Positions 1-8,159 of a stretch of DNA of 32,000 nt are shown one piece after another; within the stretch, counting starts at the first letter, position 1, and every line of letters starts with the position of its first letter. A program made the translations under genes and the position numbers. Source of the stretch: Candidatus Jordarchaeales archaeon (lineage in GTDB: Archaea > Asgardarchaeota > Jordiarchaeia > Jordiarchaeales > Freyrarchaeaceae); contig JAWAHN010000001.1 of NCBI GenBank assembly GCA_038889235.1, positions 995,636-1,027,635 on the forward strand, written 5' to 3'. The notes under the pieces are model-generated. The model did not search any database. It was given only the letters and a program-made list of their open reading frames with translations, and was not told where the DNA came from.

Positions 1-287
1 TACCCACCCCGGTTCATCTGTTTGTTTTTCTTCATAATTTGTCGTATGTATTCTCCCAAATGGTTGACTTCAATTACTTTTTTGTTGGGTCCACGCTCAT
101 AGGTTGGGTCATTATTGCACTAGGACACTTTTCAAGCGACATAGCATGGTATACCTCAGTTTCCGTGGTTGCAGCAAAAAGTGTCCGTTTCCTAAGCACC
201 AAGTTATACCAGAAAATTACACTTCTATGCGGTCTAAGTCTCCTCCTTTTTGGATTACTATTCCTCACTTCATCGTTCCTCTTTTAA
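1..287 (+). CDS. C-terminal part of a polytopic membrane protein, possibly a LysE/RhtB-type exporter; 5' end lies off-window
   Basis: The frame of ORF 39-287 has no stop codon back to base 3. The product is hydrophobic with helix-like segments (GWVIIALGHF, LLCGLSLLLFGLLFL). The family assignment is only by general resemblance. Confidence 0.4.
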   Translation, partial: PTPVHLFVFLHNLSYVFSQMVDFNYFFVGSTLIGWVIIALGHFSSDIAWYTSVSVVAAKSVRFLSTKLYQKITLLCGLSLLLFGLLFLTSSFLF

Positions 288-451
288 CACCAAAAGTAGT
301 TTAACACTTTAGAGCTGCCGCCCCTGTTTTCGTCGCTTCCTTTTACTCCAGCTTTATGGGCTTAACATATTTAAAACCTTTCAGTTATTTTCCTTCAGTG
401 AAGTCGCAAATATGAAGATTAATTGAAGAAAGAAAAAGGAGGTTTTAGTAT

Positions 452-1044
452 ATGTCGAAAGAACTTATCTACAAAGTAATTCTCGCAGGGGACGGAGACG
501 GGCTGGTGTATTCCTCTAACTGAGACACCAACCCGCCGGAACTGTAGGAAAGACCAGTCTAATCTCTCAGTACATTAGTGGAAAATTCCAAGTCGAGTAC
601 AAGAAGACTATACATGGGTAGAATTACTACCCGTGGGTTAAAGGCATCGATATATTCTCGAAAATACTTAAGGTAGGTGACTCTGCAGTTAAACTAGTAA
701 TTTGGGACCTTGGAGGGCAACCTCACTTTAAACATGTCCGAAGTAGTTTCTATCAGGGCGCTATGGGCGCCATGCTTGTTTACGACATAACGCGCCGCTC
801 CACGTTCGAAAATTTAGAAAACTGGAGGAAAGAAATGCTGAAAAACACGAAAGAAGAACCAGTCACTATAGTTATAGGGAACAAAGTTGATCTTGCGCAC
901 TTGCGCGAAGTAAGAACAGAGGATGGAAAAAAATATGCCAAAGAGATAAACGCTCCTTTTTTTGAAACATCCGCAAAGGACGGCAAGAACGTTGAGGCCG
1001 CCTTTGAGACGTTAGTCAAAATGATCTTAGAAAGGAAAAAATGA
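452..1044 (+). CDS. Ras/Rab-like small GTPase, split into three exons by two BHB mini-introns (exons 452-497, 542-611, 642-1044; spliced 519 nt, 172 aa)
   Basis: ATG 452 lies 9 nt after GGAGG (438-442). The unspliced frame hits TGA 521-523, and the next frame hits TAG 619-621. The spliced product reads MSKELIYKVILAGDGAVGKTSLISQYISGKFQVEYKKTIGIDIFSKILKVGDSAVKLVIWDLGGQ... It carries G1 GDGAVGKT, G2 KKTIG, G3 WDLGGQ, G4 GNKVD and G5 ETSAK. The ORF track only shows the 3' exon tail (763-1044). Confidence 0.85.
498..541 (+). other. BHB-type intron 1 of the GTPase mRNA (44 nt), inside the P-loop codons
   Basis: Central helix: C493-G495 pairs with C536-G538, plus an A492/G539 mismatch. The 3-nt bulges are A496 G497 A498 and A540 A541 C542. 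Inner helix: C499-G502 pairs with C532-G535, then GGUGU 505-509 pairs with ACACC 525-529. Cutting after the 2nd bulge nucleotide joins GGA G|CU GUA, which reads G-A-V. The outer helix is weak, so this is a relaxed motif. Confidence 0.7.
612..641 (+). other. BHB-type intron 2 of the GTPase mRNA (30 nt), inside the switch I codons
   Basis: Central helix: G606 A607 C608 U609 pairs with G636 G637 U638 U639 (2 Watson-Crick plus 2 GU pairs). The bulges are A610 U611 A612 and A640 A641 A642. The inner 9-bp hairpin is CAUGGGUAG(613-621)/CUACCCGUG(627-635) with loop AAUUA. Cutting after the 2nd bulge nucleotide joins ACU AU|A GGC, which reads T-I-G. The intron contains the in-frame TAG at 619-621. Confidence 0.75.
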
Positions 1045-1183
1045 TATATTTTGTCTTTTTCCTATATCACAGAAGATAGGTTTACACAGTCTTCCTTATC
1101 GTCTTTAGGAGAACGCTTAAAAATTGGTTACCTTACGTATTCTTGTAAACGCCCGCCAGCTAGCGACTCTTGGAGGCTTTTAG

Positions 1184-2128
1184 TTGGGGCGAACTGTTGT
1201 AGTATTGGATCCAATACATGCCAGCGGAATCGAACTGATACAGAAAGCAGGGTTTAACGTTATCGAGGCTTACGACTCTCCACCAAATGCTGTAGAAGAA
1301 TTTATCAAAAACGCTGACGTCGTTATAGTTAGAAGTAGAACTAAGGTTACTCGTTCTCTAATAGAGAAAGCACCACATTTAAAATTAATAGCGCGATGTG
1401 GAGTAGGCCTTGATAACATTGACTTAAAGGCCGCCGAGGAACGCGGAATATGTGTAATTAATTCCCCTGAATCATCCGCCGTTTCTGTCGCAGAGTTGAC
1501 TATAGGCCTCATATTATCTCTTCTCAGAATGATCCCCCTTGCAGATCGTTCCATGAAAGACGGAAAGTGGCTTAAAAAAGAACTTGAGGGCACCCAATTT
1601 TATGGAAAAACATTAGGGATAATAGGGTTTGGAAGAATAGGGCAAGCTGTCGCAGAACGCGCGTTAGCTTTCGGAGCAAAAATTATTGCGTATGATGTCG
1701 ATGAAAGCAAGGCATCCATCGCTAAAAAGATGGGCATTACTTTTGTCTCCGGTCCAGGATCCTTAGAATTTTTACTGAGAAATTCCGACATAGTATCCTT
1801 GCATGTTCCATTGAGTGAAGAAACTCGTAAACTAATAGGTCCGCGGGAGCTGGAATTAATGAAGCCAGGCTCTTATCTGGTTAACACAGCGCGTGGAGGA
1901 CTTATCGACGAAGAAGCACTCTACCAAGCGTTAAAGAGTGGGAAACTTGCAGGAGCAGCGTTAGATGTTTTCAGTGAAGAACCACCGAAAAATAAGGACC
2001 TCATTTCCCTACCTAACGTGATCTGCACTCCCCACATAGGGGCTTCTACCTACGAGTGCCAGCTGGCGAACGCTGTTGAAATAGCCCAAAAAATCGTCGA
2101 TTTTTTCAAAAGTGAGCGGAACGCATAA
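1184..2128 (+). CDS. D-isomer-specific 2-hydroxyacid dehydrogenase, D-3-phosphoglycerate dehydrogenase-like (short form without ACT domain)
   Basis: 314 aa with a TTG start after GGAGG. NAD-binding motif GIIGFGRIGQAV. Catalytic-region motifs NTARGGLID and TPHIGAST. Confidence 0.85.
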   Translation: MGRTVVVLDPIHASGIELIQKAGFNVIEAYDSPPNAVEEFIKNADVVIVRSRTKVTRSLIEKAPHLKLIARCGVGLDNIDLKAAEERGICVINSPESSAVSVAELTIGLILSLLRMIPLADRSMKDGKWLKKELEGTQFYGKTLGIIGFGRIGQAVAERALAFGAKIIAYDVDESKASIAKKMGITFVSGPGSLEFLLRNSDIVSLHVPLSEETRKLIGPRELELMKPGSYLVNTARGGLIDEEALYQALKSGKLAGAALDVFSEEPPKNKDLISLPNVICTPHIGASTYECQLANAVEIAQKIVDFFKSERNA

Positions 2129-2142
2129 ACGCCTTTAGGTTA

Positions 2143-2625
2143 TCAGGAAAGTCTTTCTAGGATTACATGTGCCTCCGTTGACAAAACGCCCTCTATCTGA
2201 GATATTTTCTTCAAGAAACTGTTAAGTTTGTTCCTGTTGACTTCCGCAATTAAATCAATCTCTCCTGTTACTCTGAAAATTCGCGTTGCACCTGCTTCTG
2301 CAATCTTCTTGTAAGCGTTTTCTCTCTCATGCGGGTTAACTTTTATCAGAACAAAGGCTGAGATATCCGCTTCACCCAAAGCACTTAGCCCCTTTTCTGT
2401 CACGTCTATAAATCCTCTCCCCGTCCTTATGTATCCTTTTTCCCTCAATTTCTTTAAATGGGCATTTAATGCCTGTCTGGTAATTCCAAGCTCTCTAGAA
2501 ATTTCAGTTTGAGACTTATATGTAGTACAGACCGAAATTGGTTTTCCATCGAAAACAAGCTTCTTCAGTATCTGAATTTGTTTATCAGTAAGTCCCTCCC
2601 CTTCCTTCATTAGGGGTTCCTCCAA
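2143..2625 (-). CDS. Lrp/AsnC-type transcriptional regulator (wHTH plus RAM/AsnC C-terminal domain)
   Basis: 160 aa. HTH segment ISRELGITRQALNAHLKKLREKGYI. C-terminal AsnC-type pattern FVLIKV...RIFRVTGEIDLIAEV. Confidence 0.8.
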   Translation of the reverse strand: MEEPLMKEGEGLTDKQIQILKKLVFDGKPISVCTTYKSQTEISRELGITRQALNAHLKKLREKGYIRTGRGFIDVTEKGLSALGEADISAFVLIKVNPHERENAYKKIAEAGATRIFRVTGEIDLIAEVNRNKLNSFLKKISQIEGVLSTEAHVILERLS

Positions 2626-2723
2626 GAAACATTTTTTATGACCCGAGTGATTTTAATTTTGTTATGGAGCACAAAATTATTATTTTTCCGTTTTTGAACT
2701 GAGGATAAGGAGAGCGATAAATT

Positions 2724-3371
2724 TTGCATGTAGAGCGTGTTCGCATCCCCTCTGGAACTATTACATTAGAAGGTGAAATAGGAAAACCAGAAAAATTTAA
2801 CGGAAAAATTGCGGCTGTTATATGCCACCCCCACCCGTTGTTTGGGGGGACTATGCATAACAACGTAGTAAGCGCCTTATTCTACACTTTACCCGAAAAT
2901 GGAATAGTAGCCTTGCGTTTTAACTTCAGGGGAGTAGACGGGTCCCAAGGAGAATACGAAAACGGAATAGGTGAAAAAGAAGATGTTAATTCAGCAATAA
3001 ACTACCTCATTAAAGAACTATCTCCACGATTGAAGGAAGTAGCCGTAATAGGATACTCATTTGGAGCATGGGTTGGTTTATCGGCTGCCGTTGAAAATAA
3101 ACTAGCAAAAATCATGATTGCAATAGCTCCACCTGTAAAACTGTTCAATTTTGATTACATTAAAAACGTAAAAAAACCCAAGTTTTTCATACTAGGCGAT
3201 CTGGACGACTTTGCCCCACTAGAAGACTTCCTGACGTTTTACGAAAAAGTATCTCCTCCTAAAAATTACGCAATATTGCAAGGAGCGGATCACTTTTTCT
3301 ACGGTTACGAGTTAGAACTAGCAACTATTGTAACTAACTTATTGAAAACGGGCGTTAATAAAAAGAAATAA
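2724..3371 (+). CDS. alpha/beta-fold hydrolase (COG2945-like)
   Basis: 215 aa with a TTG start. Signature CHPHPLFGGTMHNNVV. Nucleophile elbow GYSFG. C-terminal GADHFF. Confidence 0.75.
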   Translation: MHVERVRIPSGTITLEGEIGKPEKFNGKIAAVICHPHPLFGGTMHNNVVSALFYTLPENGIVALRFNFRGVDGSQGEYENGIGEKEDVNSAINYLIKELSPRLKEVAVIGYSFGAWVGLSAAVENKLAKIMIAIAPPVKLFNFDYIKNVKKPKFFILGDLDDFAPLEDFLTFYEKVSPPKNYAILQGADHFFYGYELELATIVTNLLKTGVNKKK

Positions 3372-3401
3372 AAAGAATTAGAGACAAATCACACCTTTCC
3401 C

Positions 3402-3824
3402 CTACTTTTTAGCCTTCTTTCCCTCTTCCTTTTGCTCCCCTGTCTCTTTCTTCTCTTCTTCAGCTTCAAGCTCTTCTAGAGGAACCGGCGGCGGCGTCGT
3501 CAACATAGTCCAACCTATCCATGCAGCTATACCGAGTATCGCTGTTATTGCCAGCCAAATGGGAACACCCACAGCCAGAAACTTTGGCGGAGTGGGAATC
3601 CACTGAAGTATCGCTGGTGCAGTGAGCGAGTAGATTAAGCTTTCAATGGCGTGCGAACCTAGGTAAATTACTAAGATGTTGTTCGACAAAAGTAGTGGAA
3701 TCACGCTAGACTCTACCTGTGACCCAATCCAACAAGCATAGTATAATGCCCAGTATGTGTACCAGACTATCAGTATCACTGAAACTATTAGAATTATCCC
3801 TCCATAAACCTTGTCCTTTGACAT
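3402..3824 (-). CDS. hypothetical membrane protein with a charged E/K-rich C-terminal tail
   Basis: 140 aa with several hydrophobic helices. The tail reads PPPVPLEELEAEEEKKETGEQKEEGKKAKK. No family was recognised. Confidence 0.55.
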   Translation of the reverse strand: MSKDKVYGGIILIVSVILIVWYTYWALYYACWIGSQVESSVIPLLLSNNILVIYLGSHAIESLIYSLTAPAILQWIPTPPKFLAVGVPIWLAITAILGIAAWIGWTMLTTPPPVPLEELEAEEEKKETGEQKEEGKKAKK

Positions 3825-3909
3825 TTACATCTCTCCTCTTGCTTTTGTCTCTAACTTGTACATCTCTTTTATTAGTTTTTTGGGTTTAAAGCTCCAGCCC
3901 CTCCTTGCT

Positions 3910-4467
3910 TCAAAATAAAAATCTATCATCCCCCACTTTAGGAAGCGGGGGAAGTTCACCCTCCTTAGGAATTATTATTTTTTCACCTTTCGCACCCACC
4001 GCTCTTGCTTTACCCTCAAGCGCCATCGCAGCCGTCAGGGCGCACACTACAGCATCCGTCTCGTGCTTGTTTCGGGGTTTGTTCAAGAAAATAACAAATT
4101 TTTCTAGATCTTCCTCCTTCACCTTCAAAATCTTGTAAAACGCGCCGGGGAAAACTTCTATAACATTTCCTAATCTAGCTTTTAATCGCATAGCTCTAAA
4201 AACAAGCTCTGAGATAAAATTAGGTGGAAAAACACGTATACCCATACGTATTAACTCTTTATCAGCTTCCCTATAACCTTGCCGAAAGGTTAACGGTGCA
4301 TCTATCGCTATTAGCTGAGGACAGACACGTAAACAAGCACTTATTATTTCAAGGTCTGTGTATACACTAAAAACTCTAACAAACCCGTCACTCCATACGG
4401 CAAAACCACTAGGATTCAAAGGTTTAGCAGCAAGATCTATCCCCACGGTCACTACCAAAGTCTTCAC
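3910..4467 (-). CDS. DUF429-like protein (predicted RNase H-fold)
   Basis: 185 aa. N-terminal VGIDLAAKP...GFAVW and LIAIDAPL motifs are typical of DUF429-type proteins. The call is by motif recollection only. Confidence 0.5.
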   Translation of the reverse strand: MKTLVVTVGIDLAAKPLNPSGFAVWSDGFVRVFSVYTDLEIISACLRVCPQLIAIDAPLTFRQGYREADKELIRMGIRVFPPNFISELVFRAMRLKARLGNVIEVFPGAFYKILKVKEEDLEKFVIFLNKPRNKHETDAVVCALTAAMALEGKARAVGAKGEKIIIPKEGELPPLPKVGDDRFLF

Positions 4468-4497
4468 CTATAAGAAAAGAAACGAGTTGCAATCAGT

Positions 4498-4665
4498 TTA
4501 AAGCCGTCCCTGCTGACCAACAGGTTTACCTAAAATAACCCTCCGCACATAGTTCTTTCTATTCCTAACTCTCGGAATAACGGGCGGCCTTTCTTTCCTA
4601 GGAACCTTCGGCGTCTGGTTTCTAACCTTTCCCGCTTTAGTTAAGCTTCCATGTGACCCAGGCAC
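4498..4665 (-). CDS. rps30e: ribosomal protein eS30 (S30e)
   Basis: Not in the ORF track (55 aa). GTG start at 4665 immediately after an in-frame TAG; TAA at 4500-4498. Product: (M)[54 protein letters not shown]. It matches the eS30 core HGSLxxAGKVRxQTPKV. Confidence 0.8.
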   Translation of the reverse strand: MPGSHGSLTKAGKVRNQTPKVPRKERPPVIPRVRNRKNYVRRVILGKPVGQQGRL

Positions 4666-4804
4666 CTATCTTCCACCCCTTTCCCGTTTTTCATCCTAAT
4701 TTTCCCAGGAAACTAATTAAATATTTTTCTACAATCTTGTTGCATTTTTCTTTCGAGAAATATCGATAAATGCAGATGAAAGAATAAATAAAAACAAATG
4801 AGTG

Positions 4805-6208
4805 CTATTTCTTCTTTATTTTCCTCGCTATAACTTCAGCAACTAATGTTATTTCACTCCATGTTGGGCAGCTTATCGGCGCATAGCACGTCTCAAGCCA
4901 CTCTAACTGTTCTACATTCATGTTTGCTTGCATAGCTGCAGCTATTATGTTTATCTTCTGGTGTATGTCTTCGTATCCGACAATTTGTGCTCCAAGTATT
5001 CTGCCTTTTTCATCCGCCATCATTTTTATCTTTAACGGCTTCCCGCCGGGCATGTATTCTGGCTTGCTCGAATACGTCATTTTGCCTACTATTGGTTTTA
5101 GTCCTGCTTTTTCCAAAGTCTCTGTAAGAGGCCCTACAGCCGCCACTTCTACCCCAAAAACTTTCGTTATCCTTGTAAGCAAGATTCCTTTAGGCATCTC
5201 GGCATCTCCGCCAGCAGCGTTTATTCCGGCGACTTTGCCTTGCCTAACTGCTATGGTGCCCATTCCTACTGCTATCGGTTGACCAGTTACAAAGTCGACA
5301 TACTCTGTACAGTCTCCGGCGGCATATATTCCTTCGACGTTAGTTCGTGCACGTGAGTCGACTTTTATGTATTTCGTGCTTCCCAGCGCCACTCCAGCTT
5401 TAACTGCTAACTCCGTGTTAGGTCTTACTCCTGCAGACACTACGACGAAGTCTGTGGGTATTACTTCCTCCTCTCCGGTCGTCCTATCCTTTAAAACGGC
5501 TTTTTCGGCTTTATCTTCTCCTATTAGTTCTGTTACGGCAGTATTTGTGTATATCTTTACCCCGTGCTCTTTAAGAGCGTTCTCCACCATGTCTGACATA
5601 TCGGCGTCTACCATTAATGGGAGGACACTAGGAAGGAATTCCACGAGAGTTACGTCCACTCCGAGCTCAACTAAGGCCTCTGTTGTTTCTACACCTATAA
5701 GTCCTGCACCTATAACAACACACTTTTTCCCTTTTTTTGCCGCCTCATGGATGGCCATGGCGTCATCTATAGTTCTCAGAGAGTAAACGTTCTTTTTTCC
5801 TTCTATCCCCTTTATAGGCGGAAAAGCAGGCCTCGACCCGGTAGCTATCACCAGAGCATCATACTCTAATTTTTTCTCTTCCTTGCTTCGTAAGTCTTTG
5901 ACTGTTACTGTTCTATTGGAAACGTCTATGTCTGTGGCTTCTGTCTCTAAAAGCAGGTTCATCTTCCCAAAACTTGAATACCATCCTGCGTCATGAGTTA
6001 TTAAGTTCGTGAACTCTGGAATATATTTCGAAATGGTGTATGGAAGACCGCACCGGGAGTATTCTGGGTATTTTTCTTTGGTTACTAATGTTATTTCCGC
6101 CTTCCTGTCAGTTTTTCTCGCCCATATGCCTGCCGTAGTTCCAGCTGCTCCCGCTCCAATAATAACTATTTTCGTCAATCTTCGTTTCCTCCCAATTTTT
6201 AAATTCAA
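4805..6208 (-). CDS. FAD-dependent pyridine nucleotide-disulfide oxidoreductase (NADH oxidase / CoA-disulfide reductase type)
   Basis: 467 aa. FAD fold IVIIGAGAAGTTAG. Single redox cysteine context YSRCGLPY. Second dinucleotide fold VVIGAGLIGVE. Also AAGDC. Confidence 0.85.
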   Translation of the reverse strand: MNLKIGRKRRLTKIVIIGAGAAGTTAGIWARKTDRKAEITLVTKEKYPEYSRCGLPYTISKYIPEFTNLITHDAGWYSSFGKMNLLLETEATDIDVSNRTVTVKDLRSKEEKKLEYDALVIATGSRPAFPPIKGIEGKKNVYSLRTIDDAMAIHEAAKKGKKCVVIGAGLIGVETTEALVELGVDVTLVEFLPSVLPLMVDADMSDMVENALKEHGVKIYTNTAVTELIGEDKAEKAVLKDRTTGEEEVIPTDFVVVSAGVRPNTELAVKAGVALGSTKYIKVDSRARTNVEGIYAAGDCTEYVDFVTGQPIAVGMGTIAVRQGKVAGINAAGGDAEMPKGILLTRITKVFGVEVAAVGPLTETLEKAGLKPIVGKMTYSSKPEYMPGGKPLKIKMMADEKGRILGAQIVGYEDIHQKINIIAAAMQANMNVEQLEWLETCYAPISCPTWSEITLVAEVIARKIKKK

Positions 6209-6406
6209 GGTTTCATCGATAGCATTTAACTAAAAAATGTTATGTTTCTCTTTTCCACTCAAGTAGATGGCGAAAAATAGCTAACTTAAATTATCAACTA
6301 TAACTTGCCGAACTTTGTGCAAGTCTTCATACATCAAGGGAAAAATATAATATTGCTGGCTAGTTTTTCATTCATGTTTCCCTTGAGTGGTTGTCTCCCT
6401 ATCAGT

Positions 6407-7612
6407 TTACTTTAGACCTTTAGCTGAAACTATCTTGATTATGTCTCTGTCTTTTAATTCATAATCCTCTGGAAGGCGCTGTTTGGTTCGTGCATCTATG
6501 GCATAAATGAAGGTTTCTCCTAGTTCTGTGTGGATTTTGTAAGCTAACTCTTTCACAGTAGTCCCTTTTGGAACGAGCAACGCGTCTGGAAGAACGTTCC
6601 CTTTATGGTCTGTAAGCTTGTTTACGTCCTCTATAGGGTAAACTGTTATCATCCTGAGTGTTTCGAAAACTGCTTTGTTTAGTGTTTCTTGGACTCCAGT
6701 TGAACCGTAAACGCGGAGTATCTCTTCCCTTATCTTTTCTAATAATTCTTTCTGTTTTTCAGTTATTCTTTCAGAAAGTAGTCTAAAATCACTGTCTCCA
6801 GGAAGATACTCTATTATTTTCTCTTTTACGAGGCGTTTTAAAAAGTACTCTGCAAGTGCACTAGCAGGAACAAAATCTATATTCTGCTTTCTAAGTCTCT
6901 CTACGTTCTTCCTGGCGGTTTTTTTGTCTATCTTGTTTAGGCAGATAACAATAGGTTTTGCCATAACCCTTAATTGGTGAGCGAAAAGGTACAACTCCTC
7001 ATCACTCCATCTACTCGGCTTCGCCGTGTCAAAACCGCTAACTTTAATCGCTGCTTTTATGTGTGATCGTTTTATAGAAAGACCAGCAAGTTTCTCGGTG
7101 AGTACCTCTTCTAGTGGTTTAGCCCCTGACTCAACCTGTTTAACTATTTTTTGCCAGTCCCTCGCAATCACTTGTTTAGTCCACATGTCTATTTCTCTCT
7201 CAAGGAACTCTATGTCTTTAACAGGATCCCATGCTCCCTCCTCCAAAATTCTACCTTCAGCATCGGTACTGCCTGACGCGTCAACCACATGAATTAACAC
7301 ATCAGCCCTTCTAAGTTCGTCGAGGAATTGGTTTCCAAGTCCTCTGCCTTTCCATGCATCTGGAACTAATCCAGCTACATCCAGCAGCTTTACTGGAATG
7401 AAGCGATTGCCTTTTATACAAATGGAGTTCCGAGGGTTATCCTTCACCCCTAACTCTTCGCAAACGCACTTAACTCTAACATGCCCCGTTCCAGGCTGAG
7501 GCTCTATAGTTGTAAAAGGATAATCCGCAACCTTATACTCCGTGCCACTTGCCGCATTAAGAAACGTAGTTTTTCCAGAGTTAGGCTTTCCCACTATACC
7601 TATTAGCATCAC
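6407..7612 (-). CDS. OBG-family GTPase with C-terminal TGS domain (YchF/MJ1332-like)
   Basis: 401 aa. G1 GKPNSGKTT, G2 YPFTT, G3 DVAGL and NKID. The C-terminal TGS-like segment reads ...IDARTKQRLPEDYELKDRDIIKIV. Confidence 0.85.
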   Translation of the reverse strand: MMLIGIVGKPNSGKTTFLNAASGTEYKVADYPFTTIEPQPGTGHVRVKCVCEELGVKDNPRNSICIKGNRFIPVKLLDVAGLVPDAWKGRGLGNQFLDELRRADVLIHVVDASGSTDAEGRILEEGAWDPVKDIEFLEREIDMWTKQVIARDWQKIVKQVESGAKPLEEVLTEKLAGLSIKRSHIKAAIKVSGFDTAKPSRWSDEELYLFAHQLRVMAKPIVICLNKIDKKTARKNVERLRKQNIDFVPASALAEYFLKRLVKEKIIEYLPGDSDFRLLSERITEKQKELLEKIREEILRVYGSTGVQETLNKAVFETLRMITVYPIEDVNKLTDHKGNVLPDALLVPKGTTVKELAYKIHTELGETFIYAIDARTKQRLPEDYELKDRDIIKIVSAKGLK

Positions 7613-7715
7613 TTAACCTCCCCTTTCTCCCTAAAAATTCTCACCGAAGGGCCCAAGGTCACCAGGTTTCTTGGCTGAAAACTCCTTTCTCAAGCCAAGA
7701 TACAGCACTTTCAAT

Positions 7716-8033
7716 CTAGAAATTGTTTCTATACTCTTTTTCGAAGAACCCCCACGAGATTTTACTTCCAAAAGACCGCAACCCTTTTTCCTTCAACTGC
7801 TTAAGTATCTGCGCAGCATATTCTTCGGTGATTTCCCCCCTTTTCCTCAGGTACTCTATGATCTCTAGTGCCTGCTCTTCATTGTCGCATCTTCGTAGCA
7901 GCCTAACGACGTCTATATCCTTTATTTCACAAGTCCTTATACCCCTTATCGGAATCCTTATCCCTTCTGCTTCTTCGAGTTCTTTTGCAAGATGGGGGAA
8001 CTCCTCCCTAAACCTCTTTCTGTCGTACTCCAT
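7716..8033 (-). CDS. small conserved-looking hypothetical protein
   Basis: 105 aa, charged and helical, with no overlapping better ORF. No family was recognised with confidence. Confidence 0.5.
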   Translation of the reverse strand: MEYDRKRFREEFPHLAKELEEAEGIRIPIRGIRTCEIKDIDVVRLLRRCDNEEQALEIIEYLRKRGEITEEYAAQILKQLKEKGLRSFGSKISWGFFEKEYRNNF

Positions 8034-8159
8034 TAGTCGACGCCTCTATCATTTCTTACTAATATTCTGGTTTTTCGAACTTAAAATAATTAGGTTTTAG
8101 AATACAATTTTTTCAAATATTAGCACAAAACTTAATATTATAATTCAATAATTTATTTT

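Noticed and set aside
519-621. In-frame TGA (521-523) and TAG (619-621) in the GTPase read as selenocysteine or pyrrolysine recoding, programmed frameshift, or a pseudogene
   Set aside because: Read-through would insert foreign residues into the P-loop and switch I, and a +2 frame change is also needed. Exact excision at BHB-predicted sites restores the canonical motifs. The rest of the gene is intact with a strong RBS.
1051-1257. 68-aa ORF between the GTPase and the dehydrogenase
   Set aside because: It overlaps the RBS and start of the dehydrogenase gene in another frame, and it has no motifs.
6255-6390. 9-bp inverted repeat CCACTCAAG / CTTGAGTGG spanning the intergenic region between the oxidoreductase and the GTPase gene
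   Set aside because: It is short, the arms are about 118 nt apart, and there is no supporting structure or coding signal. It is compatible with chance.
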